DNA of 64,000 nt, taken from contig OZ242029.1 in NCBI GenBank assembly GCA_965205015.1, positions 1,792,001 to 1,856,000 on the forward strand, in the 5' to 3' direction. Each line of letters starts with the position of its first letter. Positions within the stretch are counted from its first letter, which is position 1. This DNA is from Candidatus Poribacteria bacterium. GTDB taxonomy: Bacteria; Poribacteria; WGA-4E; WGA-3G. Both the position numbers and the translations under genes were made by a program. Positions 28,924-38,959 of the stretch are shown here, piece by piece. The notes beneath the pieces were generated by a model. That model was not told the DNA's origin. It saw only the letters and a program-made list of their open reading frames with translations, and made no database searches.

Positions 28924-30288
28924 TTAAGCATTTGCAATTTTTGCTATCACTTCCTGTCCTGCTTTAAATAGGTCGTGCAAGTGTAGATAGCGGAACAGGG
29001 AACTCCTACCCGTCAAATACAGATTCTCGAACGTTTCAAAGTATCTTACCAGACGCGTTACCCTTTCTTCAAATCCTACTTCAAGCACAGGATAAGCAAA
29101 TGGGAGCTTATAAGTTTGATAGTGGATAACCTCTTCTGGAAATAGCCGTTTAACGCGTTGCAACGCTTCCCATACCTCGGTTTGTAATGCCGCTTCTGGC
29201 ATGTTCCAAACCGCATCGTCACTGTAACAGGGCAATTCTAACACGATAACCGTTTGTCCCTTGGGTGCCATTTCAGAACTTCGATTTTTGGGTTCGTACA
29301 GGCGCGTAAATGGAAACGCTGCGTCCGGAAAATAGAGGGAGGCGTTGGGTGAAAAAGTATCCCGATTTAAACAGAAGACGCAAAGCATCAGGTGACGGTA
29401 TTTAATCCTGTCTGCAACAGCACGGAGTTCTGATGGTGGCGGTGGCTCTAACATCCGTATCGAAAGCGTTAGCGGTAGGGTATTAATCACTGTAGCAGCT
29501 GGTATCTCAATATCATCGTTTAGAACAATACGCTCAATTCTTCCATCTTTGTGAATTAAACGGCTGATTCGGTGCTGCAGCTTAATGTGTCCCTTTCCGA
29601 TGAATTCGCACAATTTGTCGCTAATCATGCCGATACCGTACCTCGGGTAAAAGAAGGAACCATCTAAGTGGTTTGGATTTTGTGGGGTGCCTAACACGGT
29701 TGAACGGAGGAAACTCCGTAGATCCAGTCCTTTAAGTCGATTGCCGGCAATTGTGGTAGAGAGACTGTGTGAGGGCGCCCCCCACAGTTTTTCGGAATAG
29801 TTTAGCAGGAAACGTTCTGCCAGCGTTTTGCCATACTGGTTGATCGCAAACGCTGCGAAATTCTCGGCGTATTTTTCACGGTTGTTATGTAGTTGCTCCC
29901 ACATAATTTTCAGTAGAGTCTTTGTCTCAAGTTTTTGGGTCAAATCGCTCAGCTGGAGTGGAAACCGATAGAATTTCCCTTTGAAAAAGATTTCGCTCGG
30001 TGCTTCTACCCGTAGCAAATCGTTTCCGAGAAGGGTCCTGACCTCTTCGGTGACCTGTGGATCCTTATCGTGGAAACGGTGCGCGCCGGTGTCGAATCGG
30101 AAATCACCGCTTTGCAAAACACGGAACCTACAATCTGCGCCCTTAATCTGGAGTGTCCGGCAGTTTCCACCGGGATGCTCACCCGCTTCAAAAATGGTGA
30201 AATTGAGGAGACCCTGTTTCTTAGCGTGGTAACCTGTTGTCAAACCCGCGGGACCGCCACCTAAGATATGAAGATAAGTGGTTTCCAT
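28924..30288 (-). CDS. FAD-dependent oxidoreductase (HemY/UDP-galactopyranose mutase-like family)
   Basis: ILGGGPAGL, GGNCRT, FDTGAHRF, YSEKLWG, FFYPRYG, AYPV, TGRSSLFRY. Confidence 0.8.
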   Translation of the reverse strand: METTYLHILGGGPAGLTTGYHAKKQGLLNFTIFEAGEHPGGNCRTLQIKGADCRFRVLQSGDFRFDTGAHRFHDKDPQVTEEVRTLLGNDLLRVEAPSEIFFKGKFYRFPLQLSDLTQKLETKTLLKIMWEQLHNNREKYAENFAAFAINQYGKTLAERFLLNYSEKLWGAPSHSLSTTIAGNRLKGLDLRSFLRSTVLGTPQNPNHLDGSFFYPRYGIGMISDKLCEFIGKGHIKLQHRISRLIHKDGRIERIVLNDDIEIPAATVINTLPLTLSIRMLEPPPPSELRAVADRIKYRHLMLCVFCLNRDTFSPNASLYFPDAAFPFTRLYEPKNRSSEMAPKGQTVIVLELPCYSDDAVWNMPEAALQTEVWEALQRVKRLFPEEVIHYQTYKLPFAYPVLEVGFEERVTRLVRYFETFENLYLTGRSSLFRYLHLHDLFKAGQEVIAKIANA

Positions 30289-30322
30289 TGTGTGCTATGC
30301 CTCAGGCTCCATCCGTATAGAC

Positions 30323-31789
30323 TCAATACTCAAATAAGGGTAGTTCGGGCCACATCCGGTTCACATACGGGTTGTGATAGAAGATCCTTTCCACTTTCGG
30401 TTCCCGATGTGGCAGAGGACTTCCGATAACGACCAATCCCGTTTCCAATTCATCGAGTTGTGCGAGGTCAGCCTCGCTTTTAATGGGTATGTAAACTGCC
30501 TCTACTGCTTGAGCAGCCAAATAGTACTTAATCAGCGGCACGGATACAATATGCAGTTGATTGCCCTGTTCACGCTGTGTGTCACGCAGATATTCGTGGA
30601 TCTGAGCGATCGCTGTCGGTTTGGTGTGTTGAACAACTATATTTATCGTAACGTAACTGTAACAGAAAAAAAAGATGATAACGGTACTCCAGGCAAAAAT
30701 GTAGCCGAATCTTCCTTTTCCTCCATGGATCGGGATTTCTGTGATTCGGTTGCAAACGGACGCGATGCCGAGTGCTAAAAAGGGGAGTAAAGGTAAAACG
30801 TGTCGACTTTTGTGGATGACGTTCTGCCCTAAGAATATCCATACGAGATAGACGATACAGCCGATGAAGATAGGGTTTGAAAGTATGGAATCGTCCCCAG
30901 AAAGTTTTTCTATCGTCCATTTCTTCAATGTTGGTTTCCAGTTAAAAACTACAATGACCCCGATTAAAATTGTCGTGCAAGCGGTTATAAGATGACGACC
31001 ATGCCAGTAGAACCCGAATCCGTCTGCCCAAATACTCTCAAAAATTTTCGTCAAACGGAGCCATGATTCCGGGTGAGTGGAAACAGTGCCACCAAAATCT
31101 GAAAAATGTCCGTGACTCTGTGTCTGTGCCGAGGTTATCAACGCGTTCCATCCTGTAATCCAGAGCAACGGAATTAGCCAAACAAGAACGCCAATGGTCC
31201 CCGCTATAATGTATTTCAACCGCTCAGGATGCTTTAGCCTCACCAATAGCGCGGGCACTAATAACGGAAGATAGGAAAGCCGTATCCCAAGCAGAATGCC
31301 AGCAAGGAGGAAACCGACACAATTGGTACACCACACTGGGTCATGCTTACGGCTTTCCGGTTGTAATGTCGTGAAGTAAAGGCTTGCCAGCAGACATGCA
31401 ACCCCCATTGCATCTGGCATGTAGCGATTGCCCATCAACCAGAACAAGGGATTCATGAATATCACAAAAATGGCAATTTTTCCTATCCGCGTGATGCTGT
31501 GAATTTTCGCGATCTTTAGTGTAAAGAGGAGTGTGAAAAACGTTGACAATCCTCCAAGTAGCGAAAATGCTAACGCATAGCGACGGATAACAGCATAAAA
31601 GAGTTTAGCGGTCCAACAGAAAACAGGATACGCTGGAAAATGCGGTTGCAGCTTAGCCACATCATAGTCTACCATGCTCAGTGCAAAGCGAAGACTGTCC
31701 AAATCTTCGATATAGTAGATAGTACTGAGCAGCCGAGAACCTATGCAACTGATGAGGACGATACTCCAGACTCTGAATTCCGGCGTCAT
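30323..31789 (-). CDS. Polytopic membrane protein, probable GT-C glycosyltransferase
   Basis: First-loop EDLDS...QPHFPAYP; NPLFW, MPD, GIRLS, RHVLPL; many TM segments. Confidence 0.6.
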   Translation of the reverse strand: MTPEFRVWSIVLISCIGSRLLSTIYYIEDLDSLRFALSMVDYDVAKLQPHFPAYPVFCWTAKLFYAVIRRYALAFSLLGGLSTFFTLLFTLKIAKIHSITRIGKIAIFVIFMNPLFWLMGNRYMPDAMGVACLLASLYFTTLQPESRKHDPVWCTNCVGFLLAGILLGIRLSYLPLLVPALLVRLKHPERLKYIIAGTIGVLVWLIPLLWITGWNALITSAQTQSHGHFSDFGGTVSTHPESWLRLTKIFESIWADGFGFYWHGRHLITACTTILIGVIVVFNWKPTLKKWTIEKLSGDDSILSNPIFIGCIVYLVWIFLGQNVIHKSRHVLPLLPFLALGIASVCNRITEIPIHGGKGRFGYIFAWSTVIIFFFCYSYVTINIVVQHTKPTAIAQIHEYLRDTQREQGNQLHIVSVPLIKYYLAAQAVEAVYIPIKSEADLAQLDELETGLVVIGSPLPHREPKVERIFYHNPYVNRMWPELPLFEY

Positions 31790-31804
31790 ATATTTAGACA
31801 ATGG

Positions 31805-31868
31805 GGTCGACGCGCTTTGGAAGCGCGCCGATTGTTGCCCGGTCGACGTGCTTTGAAAGCACGCGACC
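31805..31868. repeat. Tandem pair of palindromic units
   Basis: GGTCGACGCGCTTTGGAAGCGCG and GGTCGACGTGCTTTGAAAGCACG. Confidence 0.6.
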
Positions 31869-31914
31869 GGTGGAAAGACATCTTTGCAGTTTCGAGCCCC
31901 ACCTACATTGATGC

Positions 31915-33234
31915 CTACCAGTTCTCCATGTTCGCATTGGAAAATCCGTATGCCGCCTGCAGGACACCTTTCGCGCGTTTGTAATTGTTTACCTGTGTAT
32001 TATAGGCATTGCTACCCGGTTTATCATATATGGGTGCTTCCCCCATAATACCATGTAATTCGGCGAGCTGTCCATCGGTAATCAACCGGAAAGGATTGTA
32101 CTGCAGCGCGACCGTGTATCCCTTCATTTCTGCCCAATGTTTGTTTAAGTTGGCAATGTTTTCGTCCGCGGTACCTAACGCAGACATATCACTGATCGTA
32201 TCGTTAATGTAGTGAACGACTGTCGCTGCGATAACTTTTTCCATACCGTTTGCGGCAGTTTGACGATATGCAGTGATTTCCGCGACCGAGCCTTGGTTCG
32301 TTATGGCTGTTCTGCCAGCGAGGAAGGCACTGAAAATTTCTTGTGTGAAATCAACACCCGATCCACCTTTATCTCGCTTACCAGCGTTTCTGGAAAGCCC
32401 GAAGTTGTATTCCGATTTGAAGTCGATGCTTCCATCGCCGTTAGAATCGAATGTAAAATCATCAACCTTTCCAGCGAGCTGATCATCGGTATAACGGAAG
32501 TAGTCGCGAGCAGCACCGAAGTAGCCGAAGGCTTCATCCCATGCGTGCTCCATTGCGGTATAAGCCTTGCCATCTTTTCCGACACTGTTATCCCGTTCAA
32601 GTAGGCCGCCAAGATAAACACCTGTCGCTTGATAATGGGGAACCGCGCCGATGAGCACCTTGTTAACCATCTGCGACATATCGACACCATCATCGGTGGT
32701 ATAAGCCATTGGTGTACCAAGTTTACCGGAGTCTTGCGAATTCTCCGCAATACCTTTGAACCATTCGCGCACCAAGTCATCAGCGGTGCGATTATACCCG
32801 ATAACCGGCTCATCTGAAATCTTGCCGACAAGGTTTTTCCCCGTCGAAAGTGAGGAATAGTGGCTTTCGCCTGCAGACAGTGATCCTGTGGTTGTTCGTG
32901 TTTTCAGGTTGAGCGCATCATCGTATTCATAGAGCTTAAGCATATCCGCTACGGCAATGGAACGCCCTCCATCTTTTCCTACACTGTCCGTGAGGGATTT
33001 CAGGTCTTGCAACAACAAATTACGGACGACTTGACCTGAATAAGAGACACTACTTTCGCCTTCTACAAAGCGGCTATCAAAGACGTAGGCTTGTGGAACT
33101 GCTATTGTAGCATCGCCGTTTTCTGTTAATTCATCAAGCTCATCCGCTTCATCGCTTCCGCAAGCGGATAAGAATAGACTCGCAACAGTTAGCAGCACCG
33201 CTAACCATTGGAACTTTTGGGTCAGGTAATTCAT
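31915..33234 (-). CDS. DUF4856-like lipoprotein (imelysin-related)
   Basis: Lipobox LSAC; SSVSYSGQ, MEHAWDEAFGYFGA, GKRD, FLAGR, HYIN, KHWAEMKGY. Confidence 0.75.
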   Translation of the reverse strand: MNYLTQKFQWLAVLLTVASLFLSACGSDEADELDELTENGDATIAVPQAYVFDSRFVEGESSVSYSGQVVRNLLLQDLKSLTDSVGKDGGRSIAVADMLKLYEYDDALNLKTRTTTGSLSAGESHYSSLSTGKNLVGKISDEPVIGYNRTADDLVREWFKGIAENSQDSGKLGTPMAYTTDDGVDMSQMVNKVLIGAVPHYQATGVYLGGLLERDNSVGKDGKAYTAMEHAWDEAFGYFGAARDYFRYTDDQLAGKVDDFTFDSNGDGSIDFKSEYNFGLSRNAGKRDKGGSGVDFTQEIFSAFLAGRTAITNQGSVAEITAYRQTAANGMEKVIAATVVHYINDTISDMSALGTADENIANLNKHWAEMKGYTVALQYNPFRLITDGQLAELHGIMGEAPIYDKPGSNAYNTQVNNYKRAKGVLQAAYGFSNANMENW

Positions 33235-33252
33235 GTTTTCTCCTTCATAATT

Positions 33253-33277
33253 ATAGATAATGAGTCTCATTATCTAT
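33253..33277. promoter_or_regulatory. Fur-like box 3 (perfect 12-1-12 palindrome)
   Basis: ATAGATAATGAG-T-CTCATTATCTAT, just upstream of the DUF4856 RBS. Confidence 0.85.
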
Positions 33278-33350
33278 CAATTGTTAGTTATGAGTAGGCG
33301 TAATTTTGGGTGTCTCCGATGGATACACCTTGCTTCAGTATACGCCTGTG

Positions 33351-35906
33351 TTAGAAACCTTGCTTGATACCGAAAAGTACCTGGCGTCTCGGACCGATCA
33401 GGATGCCCGAGCTCAGGTTGGCTTCGGGTTGGCCCGCATTTGAATGCAGCCGGGACCCGATGTATACGTGATCGAAAATATTTTTGGCAGTGAGAAATAT
33501 CTGCCACTGTTTGGTTAATTTATAATCTATGCTTGCATTGACAATTGCATAACTCGGAATGGGTCCAGTATCTCCACGGTTGAAAGTCTGCTGGAGATTT
33601 TCAAAGTCGGTGAAGACCTCGTCCACAAACCGCATATCTGCCCGCATGCGAACGCTATCACCGATGCCTTTTGCCAATCCTACTGTGAACGTGTGCCTCG
33701 GTGCGTAGGGCAATTCATTGCCGTTTAGTTCCACATCAACGTTACCGGCAATAGTCGCAGACTTCACGATGCCGTCAATAATGTTTGTCTGAAGGTATGT
33801 ATAAGAGAGATTAAGGTCAGGCAGTATTGACACGAATTCTGATATACCTAATGTCGTTGCCATCTCTATGCCCGATAGGTCGACCTTGCCTAAGTTTTTG
33901 AAGGCTGTACCGCGTCCAGCCGCGACTAAGTCTTCAACCCTAATCAGGAATCCGGAAGTTTCTAAGATAATCCCTGGTAGCCATGAACGGAATCCGAGTT
34001 CGATGTTCCAACTTTTCTCGGGTTTGAGATCAAGTCCACCGGTATCAACATTCTGTCCGAAATTCGTAATCTTCAAAGCACCACTGGAAGGCGCTGTGTA
34101 ACCTCGGTGAATGCCGCCGAAAAGGTTTAATTGTCCCAACTCGTAGTTCACACCGATGCCCGGTAATAGCACTGATGAGACCTTGTCTGCGAGTACCGAG
34201 CCGTGTAACCTATCCACTCGATCCTGTTTGAATACCTCAAACCTTAAGCCTGGTGTAACCGTCAATCTTTTAAAATTCATCTGTTCCTTGGCATAGAGTG
34301 CCAAGGCAAGCGTTTCGTAATGATGACTTTGTCCTACAATCTGCACCGGATCTGTTTCAGAATCAGGGGTGCCGGTGTAGTAGATACCGTCGCGCGCATC
34401 CGGCGCGTCCCCGGTTTTCTTATCGTCAATAAAACGTTCCCAATGCACTCTGCCGCCGATCTCGGCGCGTGCTAAATTCCCAGCGATGCCATGGTTAAAA
34501 GTATAGTTCTGCTCAATGCCTCCCACGTAGAAAGTGCGCAGGATACCGAAATTGCTTTTACCGTTCCCGGTTCTAACAAGATCACCCGTTTGAAAGTAGG
34601 GTACTGGCACCAGATTCCCAGTTTCAAGAGCCTCGGGACGGACGAAGATATCGTCCTCACGCCACCACCGTCGGTCAAACACGCTTGTATACAGAGTCGT
34701 ATTACTGACGAGGTTCGTCGAAATTTTATTGGTGTAGATGAGGTCAAGGGATGTCCGCAGGATCTTAAAATTGTCATCCTCTTTCGGATTGAAATTTGGA
34801 TCTGTTTGGAAGGAATATTCTGTCAAACCGGTATATGTTGCGTTTAAGTTTTCAAAATTACCGTTAAGTTTGAGATAGAGGGTCTTTTCCTCGCTCAGTT
34901 GGAAAAGTGTTTTTACTGTCCCATTTACCTGATCAAATGTATTATTTTCTCTAAATCCGTTTCCGTGTTTGTAGAGGAGTTGGACATCAGACACGATTTT
35001 GTCGGGATTGCCGATTCCTCTCCACTCCGAAAATGCGCTGTAGTACCCATTGTTGCCAACTGTTAACTGATTCGCTAATCCCTTTGCACCATCTGGCTTT
35101 CGTGTTGTGTAGTTGATAACACCCCCCATTGTCTGCGGTCCGTATCGGAGTGCTGCACTGCTTTTAATCACCTCGACTGCATTGATCCGGTCTGCAGGGG
35201 GATTATAGTAAGCGTTTGGATAGATGTAAAGAGCGGGTTGTATCGGGACACCGTCTTCCAATATAAGGACACGAGCACTTCGGCGAGGGTTTAGACCTCG
35301 GATGCTGATGCTCAAGCGAGAGTTACCAAAGCCGTCATCTGCATAACCGTTAATACCCGGTATGAGTTCAAGTAATTCCTGTGTTCCAACGGGTTTTATG
35401 AGATCAACAGTTTCTGGTTCCAACATACTCATCGTTCCAGTAAGTTTTCGGTGCTTACGCGATGATTCGCCAATGATTTCGATCGGAGCGAGTTGGAAGG
35501 TTTGGCTGGACAGCGAAATTTCCAAATTATGTGTTGAATCGGACGCAGGTCCAAGCATCTCACTGTAGCGATTATATCCAATTGAACTCACCTGAATCTG
35601 CTTTTCCCCTTGAACATCCTGAGAAAATCGGAAATTACCATCTCTATCTGTCAGTGTCTCTGCCAAAATCTGTCCGTCCGATTCGATCTTAACGGCGGCA
35701 CCCGAAATCGGTTGTCCTGTCTCTTTGTCAATCACTTTGCCGCTAATTTCAGTCGAACCTTGGCAAATGTGTGACATTCCCAATAGGAGGGCTAAGACGA
35801 TTGCAGTTGTTGCTATTTTAGTGCAAGTTTTTGGCCGCCATAACCAGGTCTGGCTGCAGGCTGTCTTAAAAAATTGATACATGGGTTCTGTTTCCTGCGC
35901 TTTCAA
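33351..35906 (-). CDS. FecA-like TonB-dependent receptor with N-terminal carboxypeptidase-regulatory-like domain
   Basis: ISGKVIDKETGQPI; IRGLNPRRSARVLILEDGVP; RYGPQTMGGVINY; LKPEKSWN; LPYAP; terminal F. Confidence 0.92.
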   Translation of the reverse strand: MKAQETEPMYQFFKTACSQTWLWRPKTCTKIATTAIVLALLLGMSHICQGSTEISGKVIDKETGQPISGAAVKIESDGQILAETLTDRDGNFRFSQDVQGEKQIQVSSIGYNRYSEMLGPASDSTHNLEISLSSQTFQLAPIEIIGESSRKHRKLTGTMSMLEPETVDLIKPVGTQELLELIPGINGYADDGFGNSRLSISIRGLNPRRSARVLILEDGVPIQPALYIYPNAYYNPPADRINAVEVIKSSAALRYGPQTMGGVINYTTRKPDGAKGLANQLTVGNNGYYSAFSEWRGIGNPDKIVSDVQLLYKHGNGFRENNTFDQVNGTVKTLFQLSEEKTLYLKLNGNFENLNATYTGLTEYSFQTDPNFNPKEDDNFKILRTSLDLIYTNKISTNLVSNTTLYTSVFDRRWWREDDIFVRPEALETGNLVPVPYFQTGDLVRTGNGKSNFGILRTFYVGGIEQNYTFNHGIAGNLARAEIGGRVHWERFIDDKKTGDAPDARDGIYYTGTPDSETDPVQIVGQSHHYETLALALYAKEQMNFKRLTVTPGLRFEVFKQDRVDRLHGSVLADKVSSVLLPGIGVNYELGQLNLFGGIHRGYTAPSSGALKITNFGQNVDTGGLDLKPEKSWNIELGFRSWLPGIILETSGFLIRVEDLVAAGRGTAFKNLGKVDLSGIEMATTLGISEFVSILPDLNLSYTYLQTNIIDGIVKSATIAGNVDVELNGNELPYAPRHTFTVGLAKGIGDSVRMRADMRFVDEVFTDFENLQQTFNRGDTGPIPSYAIVNASIDYKLTKQWQIFLTAKNIFDHVYIGSRLHSNAGQPEANLSSGILIGPRRQVLFGIKQGF

Positions 35907-36154
35907 AAGAGTTTAGGATTCGTAATTGTGATGCGGTTGTTGTTAATTTTACCGTTTTGTTCATCTTTAACCGTGTTTCCCGTATTGCCAGTTCCAGTAA
36001 CTGGCAGATTCGTGTTGCCGTAACTGCCACCCTCTTCAGCAACTTCGGATTGCGGCGCGAGTATAGGGTCGCTCTCACAACCGAATAAAGCCAAACTGGC
36101 TGCTACAGCACAGATGAACAACAAAATCCTGCGTACGATAGAGGCTAAATTCAT
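35903..36154 (-). CDS. Small lipoprotein
   Basis: Lipobox LFGC; AAGGA RBS; overlaps receptor start; directly follows Fur-like box 4. Confidence 0.6.
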   Translation of the reverse strand: MNLASIVRRILLFICAVAASLALFGCESDPILAPQSEVAEEGGSYGNTNLPVTGTGNTGNTVKDEQNGKINNNRITITNPKLF

Positions 36155-36186
36155 GTTCTAATCCTTAATCTGGTATCGTCATATTT

Positions 36187-36207
36187 TGAAATTGAGACTC
36201 AATATCG
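36187..36207. promoter_or_regulatory. Fur-like box 4
   Basis: TGAAATTGAGACTCAATATCG. Confidence 0.7.
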
Positions 36208-36213
36208 CTATAA

Positions 36214-36241
36214 GCTTGCACCAACCGATGTTGGTGCAAGC
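36214..36241. terminator. Hairpin after diheme gene
   Basis: GCTTGCACCAAC-CGAT-GTTGGTGCAAGC. Confidence 0.55.
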
Positions 36242-36250
36242 GTCCGTTTT

Positions 36251-37651
36251 TTATAAAGATTCTAAAAACGCAATAAGCGCATCGCGTTCTACTTTTGACA
36301 TCTGTTCAACGGCTTGCCGTGATGCTTCTGCTTCCCCACCGTGCCAGAGAATCGCTTCCATTAAGTCCCGCGCCCTGCCGTCATGGAGGAAGTTGGTATG
36401 ACCGTTAACCCTCCTCACCAAACCGATACCCCATAGCGGTGGCGTCCGCCATTCGCGACCGTTGGCGCGAAAATCGGAACGATTGTCCGCTAAATCGGGT
36501 CCCATGTCGTGTAACAACATATCCGTGAATGGTTGAATCGTCTGGTTGCTCACTGAAGGGACCCCTGCTAAGACACCGCTTCTTAACGTCGGAACATGAC
36601 AACTGGCGCATTGTGCTTTAGCAAAAAGTACTTCGCCCCGTTTAACCTGTGGATCGTCTACATTGCGTCGCGCTGGCACTGCCAGTGTTTGAACGTAGAA
36701 CGTCACCACGTCTAAAATCTCGTCGCTAACTTCCGGTGTTGCGTCATGTTCAGTGAGTTGCGATTGCCCCGCTGAGTTTTCCGTCATGAACAGGGATGTC
36801 GTTAGCCCCATGTCGTCGTGATATGCTGCTGCAACCTGTTGCAACAGTGTCGGTTGGTTCGCTTTCCACCCAAAGCGTCCCAGCGTGTAACGCTGTGCTA
36901 CGACATCCCATACATAATTCGGCTTGCCTGAGATACCGTCTCCATCGACATCGTTTTCATCTGCATAAGCAAGGATGGTTTCTTCAGGGATCGCTTCCAG
37001 CAAACCCAGTCCAAAGACGGAGGGTGCGACGCGTGGTGATACTTCAACCTCTGCTGGCAGGGGTTGATAGGTTTCCGTAAATGTGTAATTCGGATAACGC
37101 AAATGCACACGCGTACCGTCTGCTGTTGTTAGTGTTTGTTCGGTATAGTCAATTTTGATCTTACCCTCTGGGGCTGTTCCGAAAATGGCGCGGTTGTTAA
37201 GTTGTGTACCGAATCCTGGAACGGGGATAGGAGGTTGTCCATCCATCGCATCTGCCGGCTTCGGAAGACTGAGCCTAAAGAGCATAGACACGAATTTCTC
37301 ATCAACTTTTGGCGGTCGCCCACGACCATCCCGGGAATGACAGTTGATGCACGAAATATTGTTGTAGATAGGTCCCAGCCCCGGGTTTACTTCCGCAGGG
37401 GCTGTTACAAAATTGGCTTCAAATTCGACATCGCCTTCCAGATGCTTTTCAAATGCCGAGGCCGAAAGGTTGGGAGCAGGAATTGAAAACGCGTGGCTTG
37501 ATGCATCGAAGACAGTCGTCTCACCACCGGAGAACTCGCTTGTTGCAAATATGGGTGTCGATTCTACAGCCACAGGTGACGCAGCGTCACACGCACTTAG
37601 CAAAATTGACATCAAAAGGATTAGAGGGAGTAAACTAAAAAAAGATTTCAT
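36251..37651 (-). CDS. Di-heme oxidoreductase family lipoprotein (DHOR/DUF1111, IrpB-like)
   Basis: Lipobox LSAC; CINCH and CASCH heme-c motifs; GLGP, GLGLLEAI, GRFGWKA, WRTPPLWG, LHDGRAR. Confidence 0.9.
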   Translation of the reverse strand: MKSFFSLLPLILLMSILLSACDAASPVAVESTPIFATSEFSGGETTVFDASSHAFSIPAPNLSASAFEKHLEGDVEFEANFVTAPAEVNPGLGPIYNNISCINCHSRDGRGRPPKVDEKFVSMLFRLSLPKPADAMDGQPPIPVPGFGTQLNNRAIFGTAPEGKIKIDYTEQTLTTADGTRVHLRYPNYTFTETYQPLPAEVEVSPRVAPSVFGLGLLEAIPEETILAYADENDVDGDGISGKPNYVWDVVAQRYTLGRFGWKANQPTLLQQVAAAYHDDMGLTTSLFMTENSAGQSQLTEHDATPEVSDEILDVVTFYVQTLAVPARRNVDDPQVKRGEVLFAKAQCASCHVPTLRSGVLAGVPSVSNQTIQPFTDMLLHDMGPDLADNRSDFRANGREWRTPPLWGIGLVRRVNGHTNFLHDGRARDLMEAILWHGGEAEASRQAVEQMSKVERDALIAFLESL

Positions 37652-37782
37652 CTCTTTCGCTATTGATATCACAATAAGACTATAAATGTGTCGTGAGGGA
37701 ACAGCATTTCTGCTGTTCCCCGCAAAAACGAAATAGCCCTTTCGTGTTTACATTTTTGAAATTAAACGCCTTACAAATTATA

Positions 37783-38853
37783 TTAATTAAACTCACTCGA
37801 TTGGACGAGCGGAAGTATATTTTGCTCGAGGGTCAGTTGAACCGTGCTGACGGCATCAATCGCAGCTTGGACAGCACCGCGGTTCGCTGTAATCGAATCC
37901 CGGAACGGATCTGGAATTGCGCCGATAGCAGAAATCGCTGCCTGCACCTCTTGCTGGAAACGAGCGTCTAACGCTGGATCTTGACCGTTCACGAATCCGT
38001 TAATCCCTTTTCCATAGACGTTCTGAATCCCACGGATATTGTTTTGGAAATCCGAGATGGAGTTGAAACTAAACTGGGATTCAACAAGGGTTGTGTCAGA
38101 TTCATTGAATGGATCAGATATTTTACCGTTCGCGACTTCATCTGCGATGACAATCATGCCGTTGACAATCTCTTGCACTGCTGCACTTTGTGAGGGATAG
38201 ACAGCACTGCCCGTGCCAGCTTGGGCAACTGCACTGACAAAATTTTCGCCACCTGGTGCCCACGCCGCCTGAAGTTGAGAGGTACTTGCCTTGAGATTCT
38301 CTGTCGTCGAAACGAGGTACTCCAACTCACGATCCGTTATATCCGATGCTTGGCGTTGGTCACCTTCGCGGAACAGTAGAAATTCAATTGTGTGAAAACC
38401 TTTCTGTGTATCTTCTAATCCACCGACAAAATCCACCGTTAAGGAATCACCGCTGTCCAGAACGGATTGTAGATTGACACGATCAACCGGCCAGCTATCC
38501 AGTGCCGGATCGAGTCCTTGCGTGTCTACGGGACCGAACAGGAATGCTTCGCTCTGTTCCCAAGGTATTCGCGTGGCTATCCACGCTTGCTGTGCTTTTT
38601 CGAGATTCCCTTGTGAGGTATCGCTTTCCAATGCCTTGACAGCGGATAAAAGTTCCCCTGCTTTATTATCCAGATCGGTATAGGTGGGTAACACGAGACC
38701 ATTCGCAAAATCGTTGAGCATCGTGGTAGCATCAAAAGCTTCGCCCTGCAATTGTTCGTCGCTCTCATCTTCATCATCGCTACCACATCCCACGACAAAA
38801 GCGGCTGCAAGTAGCAAACAGAAGAGCAATGTCCAAATCTTATAAACTTTCAT
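37783..38853 (-). CDS. Imelysin / peptidase M75 family iron-regulated lipoprotein (IrpA-like)
   Basis: Lipobox VVGC; WEQSEAFLFGP, DSWP, KGFHTIEFLLF, EVANGKI, ESQFSFNS. Confidence 0.9.
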   Translation of the reverse strand: MKVYKIWTLLFCLLLAAAFVVGCGSDDEDESDEQLQGEAFDATTMLNDFANGLVLPTYTDLDNKAGELLSAVKALESDTSQGNLEKAQQAWIATRIPWEQSEAFLFGPVDTQGLDPALDSWPVDRVNLQSVLDSGDSLTVDFVGGLEDTQKGFHTIEFLLFREGDQRQASDITDRELEYLVSTTENLKASTSQLQAAWAPGGENFVSAVAQAGTGSAVYPSQSAAVQEIVNGMIVIADEVANGKISDPFNESDTTLVESQFSFNSISDFQNNIRGIQNVYGKGINGFVNGQDPALDARFQQEVQAAISAIGAIPDPFRDSITANRGAVQAAIDAVSTVQLTLEQNILPLVQSSEFN

Positions 38854-38869
38854 AAAAACCTCCATGGTA

Positions 38870-38955
38870 CAGTTATTAGTCTTCAGTTAGTTAAAGAAGA
38901 CATCTGTCTATCAACCGCTCTTTAACTGATAACCGATAACTGAAAACTGACAACT
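38870..38955. repeat. Heptamer inverted tandem repeat, family shared with 14649-14772
   Basis: CAGTTATTAGTCTTCAGTTAGTTAAAGA ... CTCTTTAACTGATAACCGATAACTGAAAACTGACAACT. Confidence 0.65.
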
Positions 38956-38959
38956 ATTA

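Noticed and set aside
28924-30288. Calling the FAD enzyme hemY or glf
   Set aside because: Family-level motifs only; the specific activity cannot be assigned by eye.
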